64,000 nucleotides of DNA from Harriotta raleighana (Eukaryota): positions 342,842-406,841 of the forward strand of contig JBNZDD010013567.1 of assembly GCA_050575255.1 (NCBI GenBank), given 5' to 3'. Position 1 is the stretch's first letter. Each line of letters starts with the position of its first letter. Below are positions 1 to 11,900 of the stretch, in pieces. Both the position numbers and the translations under genes were made by a program. The notes beneath the pieces were generated by a model that made no database searches, was not told where the DNA came from, and was given only the letters and a program-made list of their open reading frames with translations.

Positions 1-371
1 TTGCCAAACAGCCAACATACCACTGTGCTCCGTTTGTTCCTAACGACTGATTTTAAAGATTTGATGTGAAGTTCTTTAATGCATTTCTGGTAGTATTGCC
101 TTACATTTGTGTAATATAGTCCCACATTCTACTTTATTGGTTTAAACAAATTTTAAATCGACATTCCAGTTGGAGAAGTCTCTCAAGGTGATGTTTTCAG
201 GAGAACAGTGTAATTTAATAAAGTCAAAAATAGTGATCAGGTCTTCATTTTGTAAAATTCTGTTGTTATATTCAAAGATGTTTTTTCTTTTTTTGAGGGA
301 TTAATATCACCAACAACATTTATATAATGAACCTTACAATAATAAAATAATAAATAAAATTTCAAACTATA

Positions 372-524
372 ACTGTTTGTGGGACACTGCTCTGCATAAT
401 TGGCTGCTGCATTTCGCCCACAAAAATACAGTCATTTCACTTTATAGTATATTCTTTGAAGTGCTTTGAGATTTCTAGAACACATAAAAAGCGCTATGTC
501 AAATGCAAGGATTATTATTATTAT
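372..524 (+). mobile_element. 3' part of tRNA-derived SINE (Deu-domain-related body, L2-like tail)
   Basis: gtttgtgggacactgctctgcataattggctgc...gcgctatgtcaaatgcaaggattattattat; the same family recurs many times in the window. Confidence 0.85.
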
Positions 525-865
525 ACAGTAGTCATAAAATTGTATATTGCAAATGTAGCTACTGTAGTAAATTCAAGAAATCAAACTATTTATTTTTATA
601 TGATGTAAAATCCTTTCCCACCTAGAATTTGTCTCAGTCACCTCAATCACAAACTGGTGGCAATAGCTAAATCTAGATGATATTCTGAATTCATGTTTAC
701 AGGTGCACAATAGTAGCTTACGGTGACTATTTATTTGGGGTTTTACATGCTTTACCATAACCCTTTAGAACCCTTTGAGATGTCTTTCGATGTGAAAGAT
801 TATATGTCAAATTCCAGGTTTATTATTGTTAGTTGTGGAGCAAATTGGACCTGTTCTGCTATTCT

Positions 866-920
866 GAGATGCCGTCCGGCGTGGAGGGCGCTATATAAAT
901 CCAAATTGTTGTTGTTGTTA
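866..920 (+). mobile_element. L2-type LINE 3' tail
   Basis: gtggagggcgctatataaat followed by a (ttg)n tail; similar tails at 20060, 51360, 54410 and 61940. Confidence 0.65.
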
Positions 921-1477
921 TTCCATGTTATTCTCCCTATGTAATGTACCTTTTCAGAGCTCATTTTGGAGACAGTAAGTAATATATATTTTAGACATCC
1001 CATTTAATAAATCTGTCATCTTTGTACATGTCAAAACTGGATTACTTTCAGGATTGAGGTTTGGAACCACTACAATTTCTTCAATAAGAAATTATTAGTA
1101 AATTTGACAAATAGCACCTTATAAATTTGAGGAAATCAGATTGACTCTTAAGATGAATGATACGGTCATTTTTGATTCCTTGATGAGAGTCCCATTCTTG
1201 AACATCAGGCTATGAACTCATGCCCAATATGGAACCCACAAACCTTCTTATCCAGATGTGAAAGTGCTACCAACTCCCTGAAGAGAGCATCCTTTTGAGT
1301 TTCACACAACGTGTTTTTTAAAATTTCCAATATAAATACGTACAGTACATAGTTGATATATGAAAATAAATACTTTACATTCTTTAAATTGCATGCTGAT
1401 GAGATAAAATTTAATTTATTTAGTGATCAAAGAGTACTCTTCCTGTGACCTGAATTATTTACTCTGCATTTCTTAGG

Positions 1478-1960
1478 TGCAGATTCCGTTTTTATAATGG
1501 CAACATCATGAAAGTAGAAACTAACTTTTGTCTGCTGATCTTATCAGGAAAATCTTACCCTGCTTGGTTTAACTGGAAAAAATTCCAGTACAGAAGCTCC
1601 TCCTTGGGGAGAAGAAGCAATAATTACAGTTATCTTGTGCCAATTGCTTATGAAGGAATGTAAAAAATTGGTAGGCAAATAGTTAGTAATGGAGAAGTTG
1701 ATATCAGTTTCCCTTGCAGCTCAAATGGGCGAAGCAGCTGTATGAATCTGTCCCGTTAAAAAGCAGTGCATGTCTTCTATACACCTGGCATAAAACTGCT
1801 TTATGATATGGACATGATGCACTTAACAATGTTTTATCGTACACCAAATCTGTAATATTCGTACCAGGTTTTAGAAAGTTGCATCATGGATATATTTCAG
1901 GATCACCAAATACAATTGTACTGTTAAATGAGGACCATTATTGGTATAAAACATTTTCTT
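1478..1960 (+). pseudogene. Decayed paramyxovirus-like receptor-binding protein (H/HN/G) fragment, EVE
   Basis: Translation across stops and a frameshift gives YLVPIAYEGM...FPCSSNGRSSC...DALNNVLSY...YISGSPNTIVLLNEDHYWYKTFS, colinear with HN/G propeller motifs IIFLGYGGL, CPGKTQRDC and GSPSKIY...FYQASFS (by eye). Confidence 0.4.
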
Positions 1961-2605
1961 TAGGTACATTTCTACCTCATTAGAGTCTTGAGAATGTATC
2001 CTCTTTCTCAGATGGGGTTTGCTCTTTCACAAAAAATCTTTAAAACTGGTATCGTGATTCTGCTATTCCAGCGCAATGTTAAATGAAAATATTGGGTTTT
2101 CGATCCTGGGCCACGCTCCTGGTCAGAATCAACTTTGGGTTTGACAGTCTTTTAGTGAATCATCTTGGTTTTACTGCTTGGTCTTCTGTCAATTTGTGCC
2201 ATTAGAGAGTTACAGTTAGTTGTGTTTTTTTTCTTAAATTATCCTGCTCAGGAAAAGTTACTTTGCATTATTTGCCAAGTTATTTAGCACTTTTTTCCCC
2301 TTATTTTGTTAGCTTTCCCATGCCAAGTATCGCTCTTTGGTTTAAGTGCAGACTGGAGGCCTTCTCCCAGATTTCGGACCATATTACTCTGAACAAGCAA
2401 CAGGAAAGGTAGAGGAATGATCCATGACAGTTGCCTCCCTCCCTTCCCAATGACTGCTTCGTTTTCTGCAGATGGCGTGACTGTAAAGAAACGACTTTGG
2501 GGAATAGTAGCTGAGAAATAAAATTCAGTTACTCTTTATTACATATTATTGCAGACCAGATGTACCTTTTGTCACAGAGTAGGTCCTTCCGCCATATGGA
2601 GGCAG

Positions 2606-3800
2606 ATGGCTGTTAATCTGAGGTTTGAGACAATAGCTGTTGGAAGGTGATACCTGGAGTCTGAAGCTGAAGTTTTGCCTGATCTGTGAGCAGAAGAACA
2701 GAAGCAAAGTTCTCCGCATTTTGTACTAAATTGTGCAGCTCATCAAGAAAACTGCGGATGTCATGCTATGTACCAAGTGAGGGCTCAAGCTTACTGCATG
2801 TCAAATGATCAACTAGTGACTGTCCTCCTTGGGGCTGATCTGACTCCAAGTTGACATGCTTGGCAATGAAATATCGGACTCGAGTTGACCCTTTGTGGTG
2901 GTCTCGATAACTATGTCCCAGACCAGGTGCCCTCGCTTGATGGCAAGGCTTGGAGTGTCAGATTAATCACAAGAAGCAGGGATTCTTGCCACTCCAGTTA
3001 ACTCTGAAAGCATCAATTTTATTTCAAAACGTTTGTGATTCACAAATTACCGTACTGCGAACACTCTTAGACAAGTTAAGTTTCAAGAAAAGCTGAGAGA
3101 GTTTGTGAAGATGTACATCGGTGATAACTACTTCAAATTTTCTTCGGCAGCTGGGATGCATTATGACACTATACCAAAATTACATTTCAGTTGGCATGAC
3201 AATAGAACACATGGCCAAAATAAATGTCTTGGAAGATTTTCATGGAAGATTACCAAACGTTTGCAGGGAAGTTAGAGCCAGTTTTATTGAAGCAGAAGAA
3301 TCGCATGATGATTCTAAATTCATTTAGTTAAAACATATGCACCTTCAGGGCAGTCTGCTTGCAAAAATACTTAAAAATTTGACTCCCAACCAAAAGTTTG
3401 TGAGCTTAAGTCTTGGGGCTGCTTGTAACTTCAACCTACTCTACATGCCAAGGTTATACAACTGTCAGCAATTATACATTATAGGAAAAACACACAGTTC
3501 GACAGATTACCCAGTTCATTGAAAATTTATAGTTTTTTTCAATGAGGTACGGAAAATTAGCTCGTCAAACAAAGTAAGTGAGGTATGCAGATCTGCCATT
3601 CCCTTATTTTGATGAGTTTCAACTTTTGAAATGACAATATCAACAAAGATGTTATGTTCCAAATTATCTAAGAATCTAATAATTTGCTCGATGAACAAGT
3701 TAGACCTTGGGCTTCTGGTTCCCAGATTTGACAGCTTTTTGGACTTCTTATTTGCCAAATATTGAGAGGTGTGGATGAAGATGATACAGAACAGATAATT
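2606..3800 (+). pseudogene. Decayed Mononegavirales nucleoprotein (N), EVE
   Basis: About 1.2 kb of protein-like frames; IMTLYQNYISVGMT resembles paramyxoviral DIDxYIxxxGL/MT, and QGSLL...FVSLSLGAA...NCQQLYIIGK resembles pneumoviral KASLL...FSSVVLGNAA...NQDLYDAAK (ORFs 3121 and 3337 of the track). Confidence 0.6.
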
Positions 3801-5485
3801 TGACCTAAATCTTCAATGTGGAACAAATAAAAATTATAAAATCTCGAGAGGTTTCATTTCTCCCTCCGTCCCACCCAGAATGATAGATATGGCTTAATCT
3901 TTATCTTGAGGCTTTATCAGAGAGGCGAGTGGAGAGGAATGGGTGGTTGACAATTGCTTGGTGTCTCTTTTTCACTCATTTGCCCTTATCATTCTTCTGA
4001 AATGAATGCTTTATTCTATCCCAAACAACCCATTGTGATAAACCATTTTAGTTTCCATCCACACAAAAAAAATTACATAATTCCATGAAGAAATTAATCT
4101 TCATGTCTGTTCAACATTTTTTTTATATACTGCGCATGAATGTTTGAGGCAGGATGATCAATCCTCCCACAAACTCTTTTATCTACTATTATATTTCAAT
4201 TTTAATACTCCTTGTATTTAATATAGTACTTGATTTTGCAACATCTTACAGGCTTCACAGGTAATTACTGTGAAATGTGGTGACTATATATATTTGTAGC
4301 AAACACAATTTGCACATAGCCAGGTTGCAGAAACACTTGCAATTTGAACAATTTATTTGGTGGATTGTTGCCATTGTCCTGCAAATGTTAAACGACCTAT
4401 ATTTCTACACGCAGAAAGGGCTGGCATATGTTTATGTTGTGTTACAATATTTGCTTTTGCTGAATATATAAATAAAACCTAGAAAGGATATTATTGCATA
4501 AGAAGAGATTTTCATCCTTCATTTTATTCTGTTTAACCTCCCTGTGGGGATTCCAAACCAATCTGCCATATTTTTCAATTGTCTTATCCGATTTGAATGC
4601 ATATTAGTTACAAGGTAAGACAAATAAACAAATGTTAGGAAAAAAGGATCCTATTTATTTAAAATGATCTATTTTAAAAGTATGCAGTATGTTCTGGAAT
4701 GCCTTCCAATATACCTGTAATATGAATTATATTTATTCCTCACAAACTTAACTCTTTTGGTTTCAATCAGTCTCCATATTCTCCACTGAATATTTGTTTT
4801 CATGTTTATTCTGTTCTGTCAATGAATCTTATAGAATCAAGTCAGTATTGTGCACATTGCTGACAAAACATGTAGTCAGTAATTTATGATGAGAGTTTGC
4901 CCTCTCGTTTTTATGTGGTCTGCCTCTATGTGATCTTTTTCTTCATCTTCATCAACCAATACCCAGGTCACATGAATGGTTAAAAACCCCCCACTAAGGG
5001 GTTTGTGTTCAAAATATGTGTGTTCTTGATTACATAGAAGTTACAAAGTACTGTATTGTGATTGATCAGACCTATATTTGGTGCCTAAATGCGCAACCAT
5101 GAAGTTGCATTTCTACAGTCATTGCACCTTATGGTTTGACAGATGTCACATTTTCAACACAAACTAAATTTGTTTTAACATTTTTCCAATTTCTAAAATA
5201 CCCCTTTTCTTTAATCACATCACATTTCCATCAATAAAAAGCATTTGATCCTTAAGTAGAATAGAAGTGCACAAAAACGCCAAAAATGTCTCTTCTGCAA
5301 AGACAAAAAATTTCTCATTGAAGCAACCTGCCAGAGAAGTGCTTGCTGAGTAATTCTTTTGTATTCTTTTCAAGCTGGGTTACCAAAGGCATTTTGTTGA
5401 TTAATGCTTTCGACATGACCCTCCCCCCCATGAGTTACATTTGCTCTGCTGTGAGGAAAGTATCAACTAGCTGCTAAAGAGTTCC

Positions 5486-5719
5486 ATGGACAGTTTCAAA
5501 CCTTGTGCTCTGATTGATATGGGAGGTAGCCACCCTTCTGGCAAGACTGATTTTGATATATTTTTGGCAGCGATTGGAGCTATGTAGATTCGAATGGCAA
5601 TTTGTAATCACTGTTCACGGGATGTAAGTCCTGAGGTCCGAAAGGGAAAAGATGGGCTACAGTACAGAGCAGTAACTTTGGAGAATGGTCGCCTACTGGC
5701 AAATAAAAACGAAACTTAA
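5486..5719 (+). pseudogene. Paramyxovirus-like matrix (M) N-terminal fragment, EVE
   Basis: FKPCALIDMGGSHPSGKTDFDIFLAAIG resembles M PQVRVIDPG...YMFLLG; shares ALIDxGxxxP with the copy at 11121. Confidence 0.4.
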
Positions 5720-5940
5720 AGTCATATTATAGCCAGTAACTAATTGTTAGTGTTACACACCTTAACATGATCAAAATTGTTGATGCTAACACATACCTGA
5801 GAATAATATGAGCTGTTCAAGCTCACACTGCAGAACTTGAAACATTTCTCCATTTTAGTCCAAAGTGGTAATTTCACTACCATCCAATCATATTATTTGT
5901 AATCCACCCTCTCTGTTCACAAACCCCCTGCTCGGGTCAA

Positions 5941-6202
5941 AATAATAATATTAATAATCCTTGCATTTGATATGGCGCTTTTCAAGTCTACTATAAGTCT
6001 CAAAGTGCTGGACAGAATATACTGTAAATTGAATTGACTGTATATTTGTGGGTGGAATGCGGTAGCCAATTGCTCACAGCAGTGTCCCACAAACAATCAT
6101 GGATTAAAATGACCATTAATTTTTTTGAGGAATTATTATTGAATTGAACACAGGTCTCTTGCTTGAAAGGCAAGTGCTCTAACCACTGAACTACAGAACT
6201 CT
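5941..6202 (-). mobile_element. tRNA-derived SINE
   Basis: Reverse complement has the head gagttctgtagttcagtggttagagcacttgcc...gttcaattc (A/B boxes), the family body and an (att)n tail. Confidence 0.9.
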
Positions 6203-6457
6203 CAAATGAGAGACCTGGGTTTGATTCCCGGCAGGGCAAAACCTTGGTCAAAATTCCTTACTCCAAATTTCTAATGATAATCAATTGAGAAAAAAAACAA
6301 TAATAAATTGGTCTGTTTATGGGACACTGCTGGCTGCAATTGGCTGCCATGTTTTGCCCAGAGTCAATTCATTTTAAGGTATATTCTGTAAAGCACTTTG
6401 AGACGTCTAGAAGCCATGAAAAGCGCTATATTAAATGCAAGGACTAATATTATTATA
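6203..6457 (+). mobile_element. tRNA-derived SINE, 5'-truncated, head-to-head with the previous copy
   Basis: gagagacctgggtttgattcccggcagggcaaaaccttgg...aagcgctatattaaatgcaagg. Confidence 0.9.
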
Positions 6458-6739
6458 TACTGTAGCACATTCAAATCCTGGGAAAGGTTTTTTTCCAAAG
6501 ATTCAAAAGCTGACATATATGTGAAGGCTCTTGTCTTTGTGACAATTGTTTCTGAACATTTTCAGCTCAGTCTCTGTGGCTGCAACATACAAATATTACA
6601 ATAAAGTTACCCAAACAACTTTATTACTATATTAAGGTTAGTCCACTTAATGCATTTAAAATAAATTTAGTTTAAAACCCAAAAGCAGTAATTTCAAAAC
6701 AATTTTGTGTTCATTCTTTGTGATTAGCCAGATATCTGA

Positions 6740-7030
6740 AACCTATTGGCCATGCTTACAATTATTCAAACCAGACTGAGAGTTCCACAATACGCATGAA
6801 AATTTACCCCTCATCAGTACTCTCCATGGAAGGACACACTATGAAAGTATTAGTCAAAGATTGGTAAGAGTTGAGGCCTCTGAGTCTAGAGTTTGTATTG
6901 GGGTACAGCTGGAGGATGACTAGCTAAACCATGTTGTTTGCCATTGGAAAGATTGTTTGATAAGATTCCAGTTGTTTATCCCACTAGGATAGCCCTAGCC
7001 AATAGGATTTGGGTTTGCAGAGTGAACATA
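6740..7030 (+). pseudogene. Paramyxovirus-like matrix (M) C-terminal-domain fragment, EVE
   Basis: LLAMLTIIQTRLRVPQ and LFDKIPVVYPTRIALA align with TLTVLKNIETKLRIPR and LLDQLEPSYPLRFWLA of the M remnant at 22005-22340. Confidence 0.45.
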
Positions 7031-7364
7031 TGCCAAGTGGGATGCCTGTCTGCTCTCCAAATCCTGCTGATGAACTGGATCAGCATCAACAGTACCTTGA
7101 AACACAATATACCTCTCTGGGTCAGGAAGTAAATACTGAGATGGCTGTGGAGGATTTGCTTGATTCTCATCATCCATCCGTCGGCAAATCACCTGGAAAC
7201 CGACTCAAACCTGACGGAATTATTTTCTCCCTCTCTCTCTCTTCTCTTTTCCCCGCCTTCCCCAGGAGGGATCAATATGCAATCACATTTTGATTTCAGG
7301 TTCATGCTGCTGATGTTATTCAGTGAATCTCTGAATGGCCATTTCTACTTCTCGAGATGAGACA

Positions 7365-7505
7365 AAGATATTTGTTAGCTCAGGATATTAAGAGATATGG
7401 GACAAGGGTGGGTAACTGGATTTGAGGTACAGATTACCCATGATTTTGTAAAATGGCGGAACAGTCTGTAGGGGCTGAATAACCTACTCTTGTTTCTATG
7501 TTTTC
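7365..7505 (+). mobile_element. CR1-type LINE 3' end
   Basis: aaatggcggaacagtctgtaggggctgaataacctactcttgtttctatgtt resembles the CR1 3'UTR and tail. Confidence 0.7.
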
Positions 7506-8250
7506 TAAAACTTGTCTGTTTTTTCAGATGATGATGCTAAGCAGTGCTTTGAACTAACTTTTAAAAGAATTAAGTGAAGCCAAGTGATAATTTTAAGGTT
7601 AGAAAATAGTTTTGTTTCTTACAATAAACACTGGATATGTTAAGAATTGCCATAATCCCTAGGGGCCAGTGAACTGGAATTTTTATTCTTCGATTGAATC
7701 AGAGTTGGTTCTCAGTGACAAACCTGAGGGTAAAAAAGTATCATTTTCTAGACAGTCTGTTGCCTTTATGTATGAGAAATGTGACACTTGGAAGGCTTTT
7801 TAAAAAAAATCTCATCAAAATACAGTACTATCAAACATCTAATTGACTTGCGTGCAATATTTGATGAACTCATACATCGGATGGTAATATAATCCAGGGT
7901 CTGTCAATTTATCAAATGTTTCGCCAACAAAATATACAGTCAATTCACTTCACAGTTATATTCCGTAAATACATATAAAATTTATATCAATGCATTAGGT
8001 TTTTGAGGCATTTTTGTTCTAGCTGTTTAATCAGTCTTCACCTCAGATGTTAAACTATTGCTCCAAACTGAGGCTGATTGTTTGCCCAATAGAGCAGAAA
8101 CTTGGTGAAAATACTGATTTGTTTTCAGGATAAAATAGACTCTTCATTAGTATGTTCCCATCGCAGCTGCACAACTGGGCAGCTCAGCAAAGAGCAGTCA
8201 TTAAATCTGGCACCTAATCCTTCTGGTGGTGCATATAATCAGAGTTATAT

Positions 8251-8396
8251 GGTTAGAGCCCTCGCCTTCCAAGCAAGTTTCCTTACTCCACATGCCTAAT
8301 AATAATTCACTTTACAGTATATTCTGTGAAGAGCTTTGAGACCTCAAGAATACGTGAAAAAGTGCTATATCAAAAAGCAAGGATTATTATTATTAT
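8251..8396 (+). mobile_element. Internally deleted tRNA-SINE
   Basis: Head fragment ggttagagccctcgccttccaagc joined to caagtttccttactcc and the family 3' tail. Confidence 0.8.
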
Positions 8397-8469
8397 AACT
8401 CCTGAGTCATAAAGGTATCTCAAAACAGCCCATTTCTAAAATTAACCGAGACAGATTGAGCTTGTCCTT

Positions 8470-9053
8470 TCTATGTCTTGTCACTGGAAACTTGACATTC
8501 GCAGTACTATTTTTGTTGCCATGAACTTCATTGAAATAAATAACCTAGACATGAAAACAGCTCATAAAGCAAAATTGATCATGTGGATACACTTGCTTGC
8601 TGCAGTGTAGAACACGTTTAGCTCTGAACTGAATTGGCCCCAGTATGAGTATTGGCACTGTTTATTTGATGCATTTCTATAACTAGATACTATAAAACAC
8701 ATTGCTTGGAATACTTTTGTGGCCACAGATACTTTTTAAATCATCATGATTGATTCTGGGAAGTTTCTGAACTGCCAATAGCTGTCCCCAGAGGATATCT
8801 GATTGAGATGATCACATGCAAACCCAAAGCTCAGCTGCAAATGCTCGCGATGACCAGGGCCTGTTGAGTATCTAGGTATCTTGTTACCCTTGAGTAAAAC
8901 GGACTTTGGCTCTGATGCTGTCATCTGTTTGGTTTGGTTTACAAAGCACCCAAATGCAAAATTGTATGCAATAGAAAAGCAGCAATTCTGAAATTGATTT
9001 GAATCACTGTGTTGCTCCTGAATTGAAATAGGTTGATTTAGCAACCTCACCAA
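8470..9053 (-). pseudogene. Paramyxovirus-like receptor-binding protein (HN-like) C-terminal fragment, EVE
   Basis: ORF 8736..9053(-) contains ASEPKSVLLKGNKIPRYSTGPGHREHLQL, resembling respirovirus HN [28 protein letters not shown]; decayed Cys-containing continuation downstream. Confidence 0.6.
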
Positions 9054-9548
9054 ATCTACCTCATCAAATCTACCTCAGTTGATTTCCAGTACATTACTCC
9101 CAAGGCACAGCTGATGATGGAAAACCAATCTAGGTAGAATTTGGGGTGGACAAAACTGGCTGACCCCCCAAAAAATCACAGGAACTGCTTAGCCCATCTT
9201 TAAAGTTGCAGGAAAACTGACAGAACAATGACACCAGCAACTCATGACAGGCAGGGATTCAAATGCTGAACTTTGTGGTTGAACAACCAAACTTTCTTCA
9301 ATCTCTTTTATTTACCAACAAATAAGATTCATGTTCTTGAGAGGGGAAAGCGAGGAATTTTAAAAAAAATCATCTTTCTATCTGAAATAAGTAAGCTGAA
9401 GAATGCTTCTTCATGTACAGTATATGTTTTTGGGTTTCATCGGGTATATCTGATGTGAATTCGGTGAATAAAGTTTATAGCTAGCAAGAAACAGGATTCC
9501 TGGTGTTTCAGTGGCTCATATGGTCATGCTGAGTGTGTTGTTTGGAAA

Positions 9549-10810
9549 ATGCCGGGCAATTTATTACCAAGGCAGGAGAGAGAGTATCCAAATTGTGTGG
9601 AATGGCCAGTTTCAGAGTAAATTCTGATTTCTAGAATATTAGTACGTGAAGAGGTTATAGAAGAGGAGTTATTGACAAACTTGTACACTGTTGTCAATGA
9701 TGATTTGACGACAGAGTCAACAGTGGATATGGTATTTCACTACTAGATACATTGAAGGTAACTGCGGCAGTGAACTTTTTTTTTGCTACTGGCAGTTTCT
9801 AGGCATCATCTGGAGACATCGCTGGCAAGAGCCAAGCTTCTGTCAGGAGGTGCAGTTGGAAACTACCAGAAGCCCTGCTCGGGAGTACTAACCAAAGTAT
9901 TTATACAAGCTGCGATGCCCAGAAGCAACATGCTTTTTAAAAAAAGATTGGATAGATTCCTCCTGTCCAAAGAATCATTGACATTTTGGATGGAGTCATC
10001 CGACCTCCAGCCAATAATCCCCTGCTATTATTAATAGGAAAGGGTTGCACTCCAACAGCATGCAGGTGGTATGGCCTTTGGTGCAAGTAATTCATATCAG
10101 TATAAAATAGCTTACCTGGACATGTGTTGCAATTATCTATGAGCTTCTTATTACTTGATTCGTTCCACGGATCCAACATAATCGATATATGTTTATTGTG
10201 GTGTTGGGGATCAAGAGTTATCTCCACGACTAAAGGTGCCTCTCATGAATCCTCGACCTCTTCGGGGAATGTAGGGACTTGTCAGATCCAACAATTATAT
10301 TGGAAGAACTTTGGCATATTAACGCAAGTGTTTTCACAGTTGAGGTGGAACACAACAATACTCTCTGTAAAACATTCAATAATTATACATTGGCATGAAA
10401 CATGGTATCCAATATATTAAAACCGGTGGCTATGCCTGCAATCCTGATGGTACCATAAGACTCCTTGTCCTACCAAGTGGTAAGTTGATGTCCTATCGTG
10501 TTTTCTACCAGATTCCGTGGTGCTGCTATTTTTAAATATTCCGCCCATCTTGTCCTCTTGCTACCCCTGATTTTGTGTGGGGAAATAGCAGTATTCATGC
10601 TGTTGGCTGCGTTTATGTAAGTCATTGCTTTTCAACAATTGCGTCTGCCTCCTGATGGAGCTTTTCAAGAGCAAATGTTTCCCGAGAAGAAGGGAAATGT
10701 ACTGCTAACAGAGTCAAATGCATCACTGAATATGCTCCATTAAAGTTAACTTCAAAGTCAATACACCTATTGCTCGCACCTCTTGTTCAAGGGCTTGCAT
10801 AGAAGTCATA
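9549..10810 (+). pseudogene. Paramyxovirus-like receptor-binding protein head (six-bladed propeller), EVE
   Basis: Colinear motifs MPGNLLP...CVEWP, WIWYFTTRYIEGNC...ATGSF, IYTSCDA (at the NRKSCS position), GMAFGASNSY, DGTIRLLVLPSGKLMSY, NRVKCITEY; several N-glycan sequons (NQS, NAS, NNT, NYT). Confidence 0.55.
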
Positions 10811-10939
10811 TGGAAATCCTTGCTTCTGCTTTGTATTCTCAATGCAAAACTACAGCCATAAAATTATAGCCATGTATAACATGTATTTACACTTATTATT
10901 GGGTGATTATAGACATAAATGGAGGCTTTATGCCAGCAG

Positions 10940-11020
10940 CTCAATCAATCAATCAATCAATCAATCAAAAATCAATCCAAATTACATTTACATAGTGCCT
11001 TTCACGTCGGGAGGTTGTCC
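10940..11020 (-). mobile_element. L2-type tail with (atca)n microsatellite
   Basis: (tcaa)n followed by ttacatttacatagtgcctttcacgtcgggagg. Confidence 0.65.
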
Positions 11021-11120
11021 GCTGATGTCCATAATCCAATGAATTAACTTTCACTGCATTGACTAACAGTACTTAGACATGTTCGGTGTAATCTGAGTGA
11101 TTTCACATGTCCCAGTCAGA

Positions 11121-11900
11121 ATGAAACAGATAGTTGCCCTGATTGATGTAGGTGATATCATCCCAGGAGCATCCTCTATGTTTTAGGGAATCTACACCAC
11201 ACACCCAACAACTGTATTGAGCCAGCATCAAATAATGAAGCTTTAAGTTCATTGTACACAGACAAAGCTAAAATTGATGAACCAATTGGATTGCTAATAT
11301 TCCTGTTTTGTGATATAAAAACATAAACGTACATATTCAGGTAGCAATAAATTGGAGCCATTTGATTCATGCAGAAATTATTGATCATCAAGATTTCAAA
11401 GCAAATTTCAGGTTTGTGATTTGGTTCAAAATGTTCTAATGATTTGCAGTGCATGTAGAACTTTAACCTTTGGCAGCAACTGAAATTGAAGTTCTCACCA
11501 GTGGCAATGTGAATTATCTATCATCTCATTGGAGTGTGGCAGTGCGGTGGCAGTTTACAAGGTTTAAGCTGCTGTGTGATTGCATTGCTGCTTAACAGTG
11601 TAGGATTTCAGCTGGGGAAACAAAATATTCTGCACACCAGGGATGAACTGGATAACCCAGATGGTAAAATGAATATGTTTCTTTTCTTCGTCTAGTATTC
11701 TGATTTTGTGTATTTTTATTACTTACTGGAACTTTTATTTCATGTGTAGATTTTGAAGAACTCTGCGAAGCATCTGTTTCTTGAGAAACAAGAAATCCCA
11801 AACAGATTTACTAAGATTGCGAATGAGTTGGGTAAACAATGCCCTGATGAACGTATGAGTGTACTTACGAAAGGCACATAAGCCAACAAAAGGTGAGTGA
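11121..11900 (+). pseudogene. Paramyxovirus-like matrix (M) remnant, EVE
   Basis: MKQIVALIDVGDIIPG...LYVLGNL, FKANFRFVI (cf. QRFRVVY), and NRFTKIANELGKQ (cf. GKMSKTLHAQLGFK), in M order. Confidence 0.4.

Noticed and set aside
3685-3765. PWASGSQI*QLFGLLI, resembling a Helitron RepHel motif
   Set aside because: Isolated match with no other Rep or helicase motifs; it lies in the tail of the N-like remnant.
11840-11877. CTGATGA...GAAA hammerhead-like string
   Set aside because: The flanks (tgcc/ggca) pair with each other, leaving no NUH cleavage site or three-helix topology.
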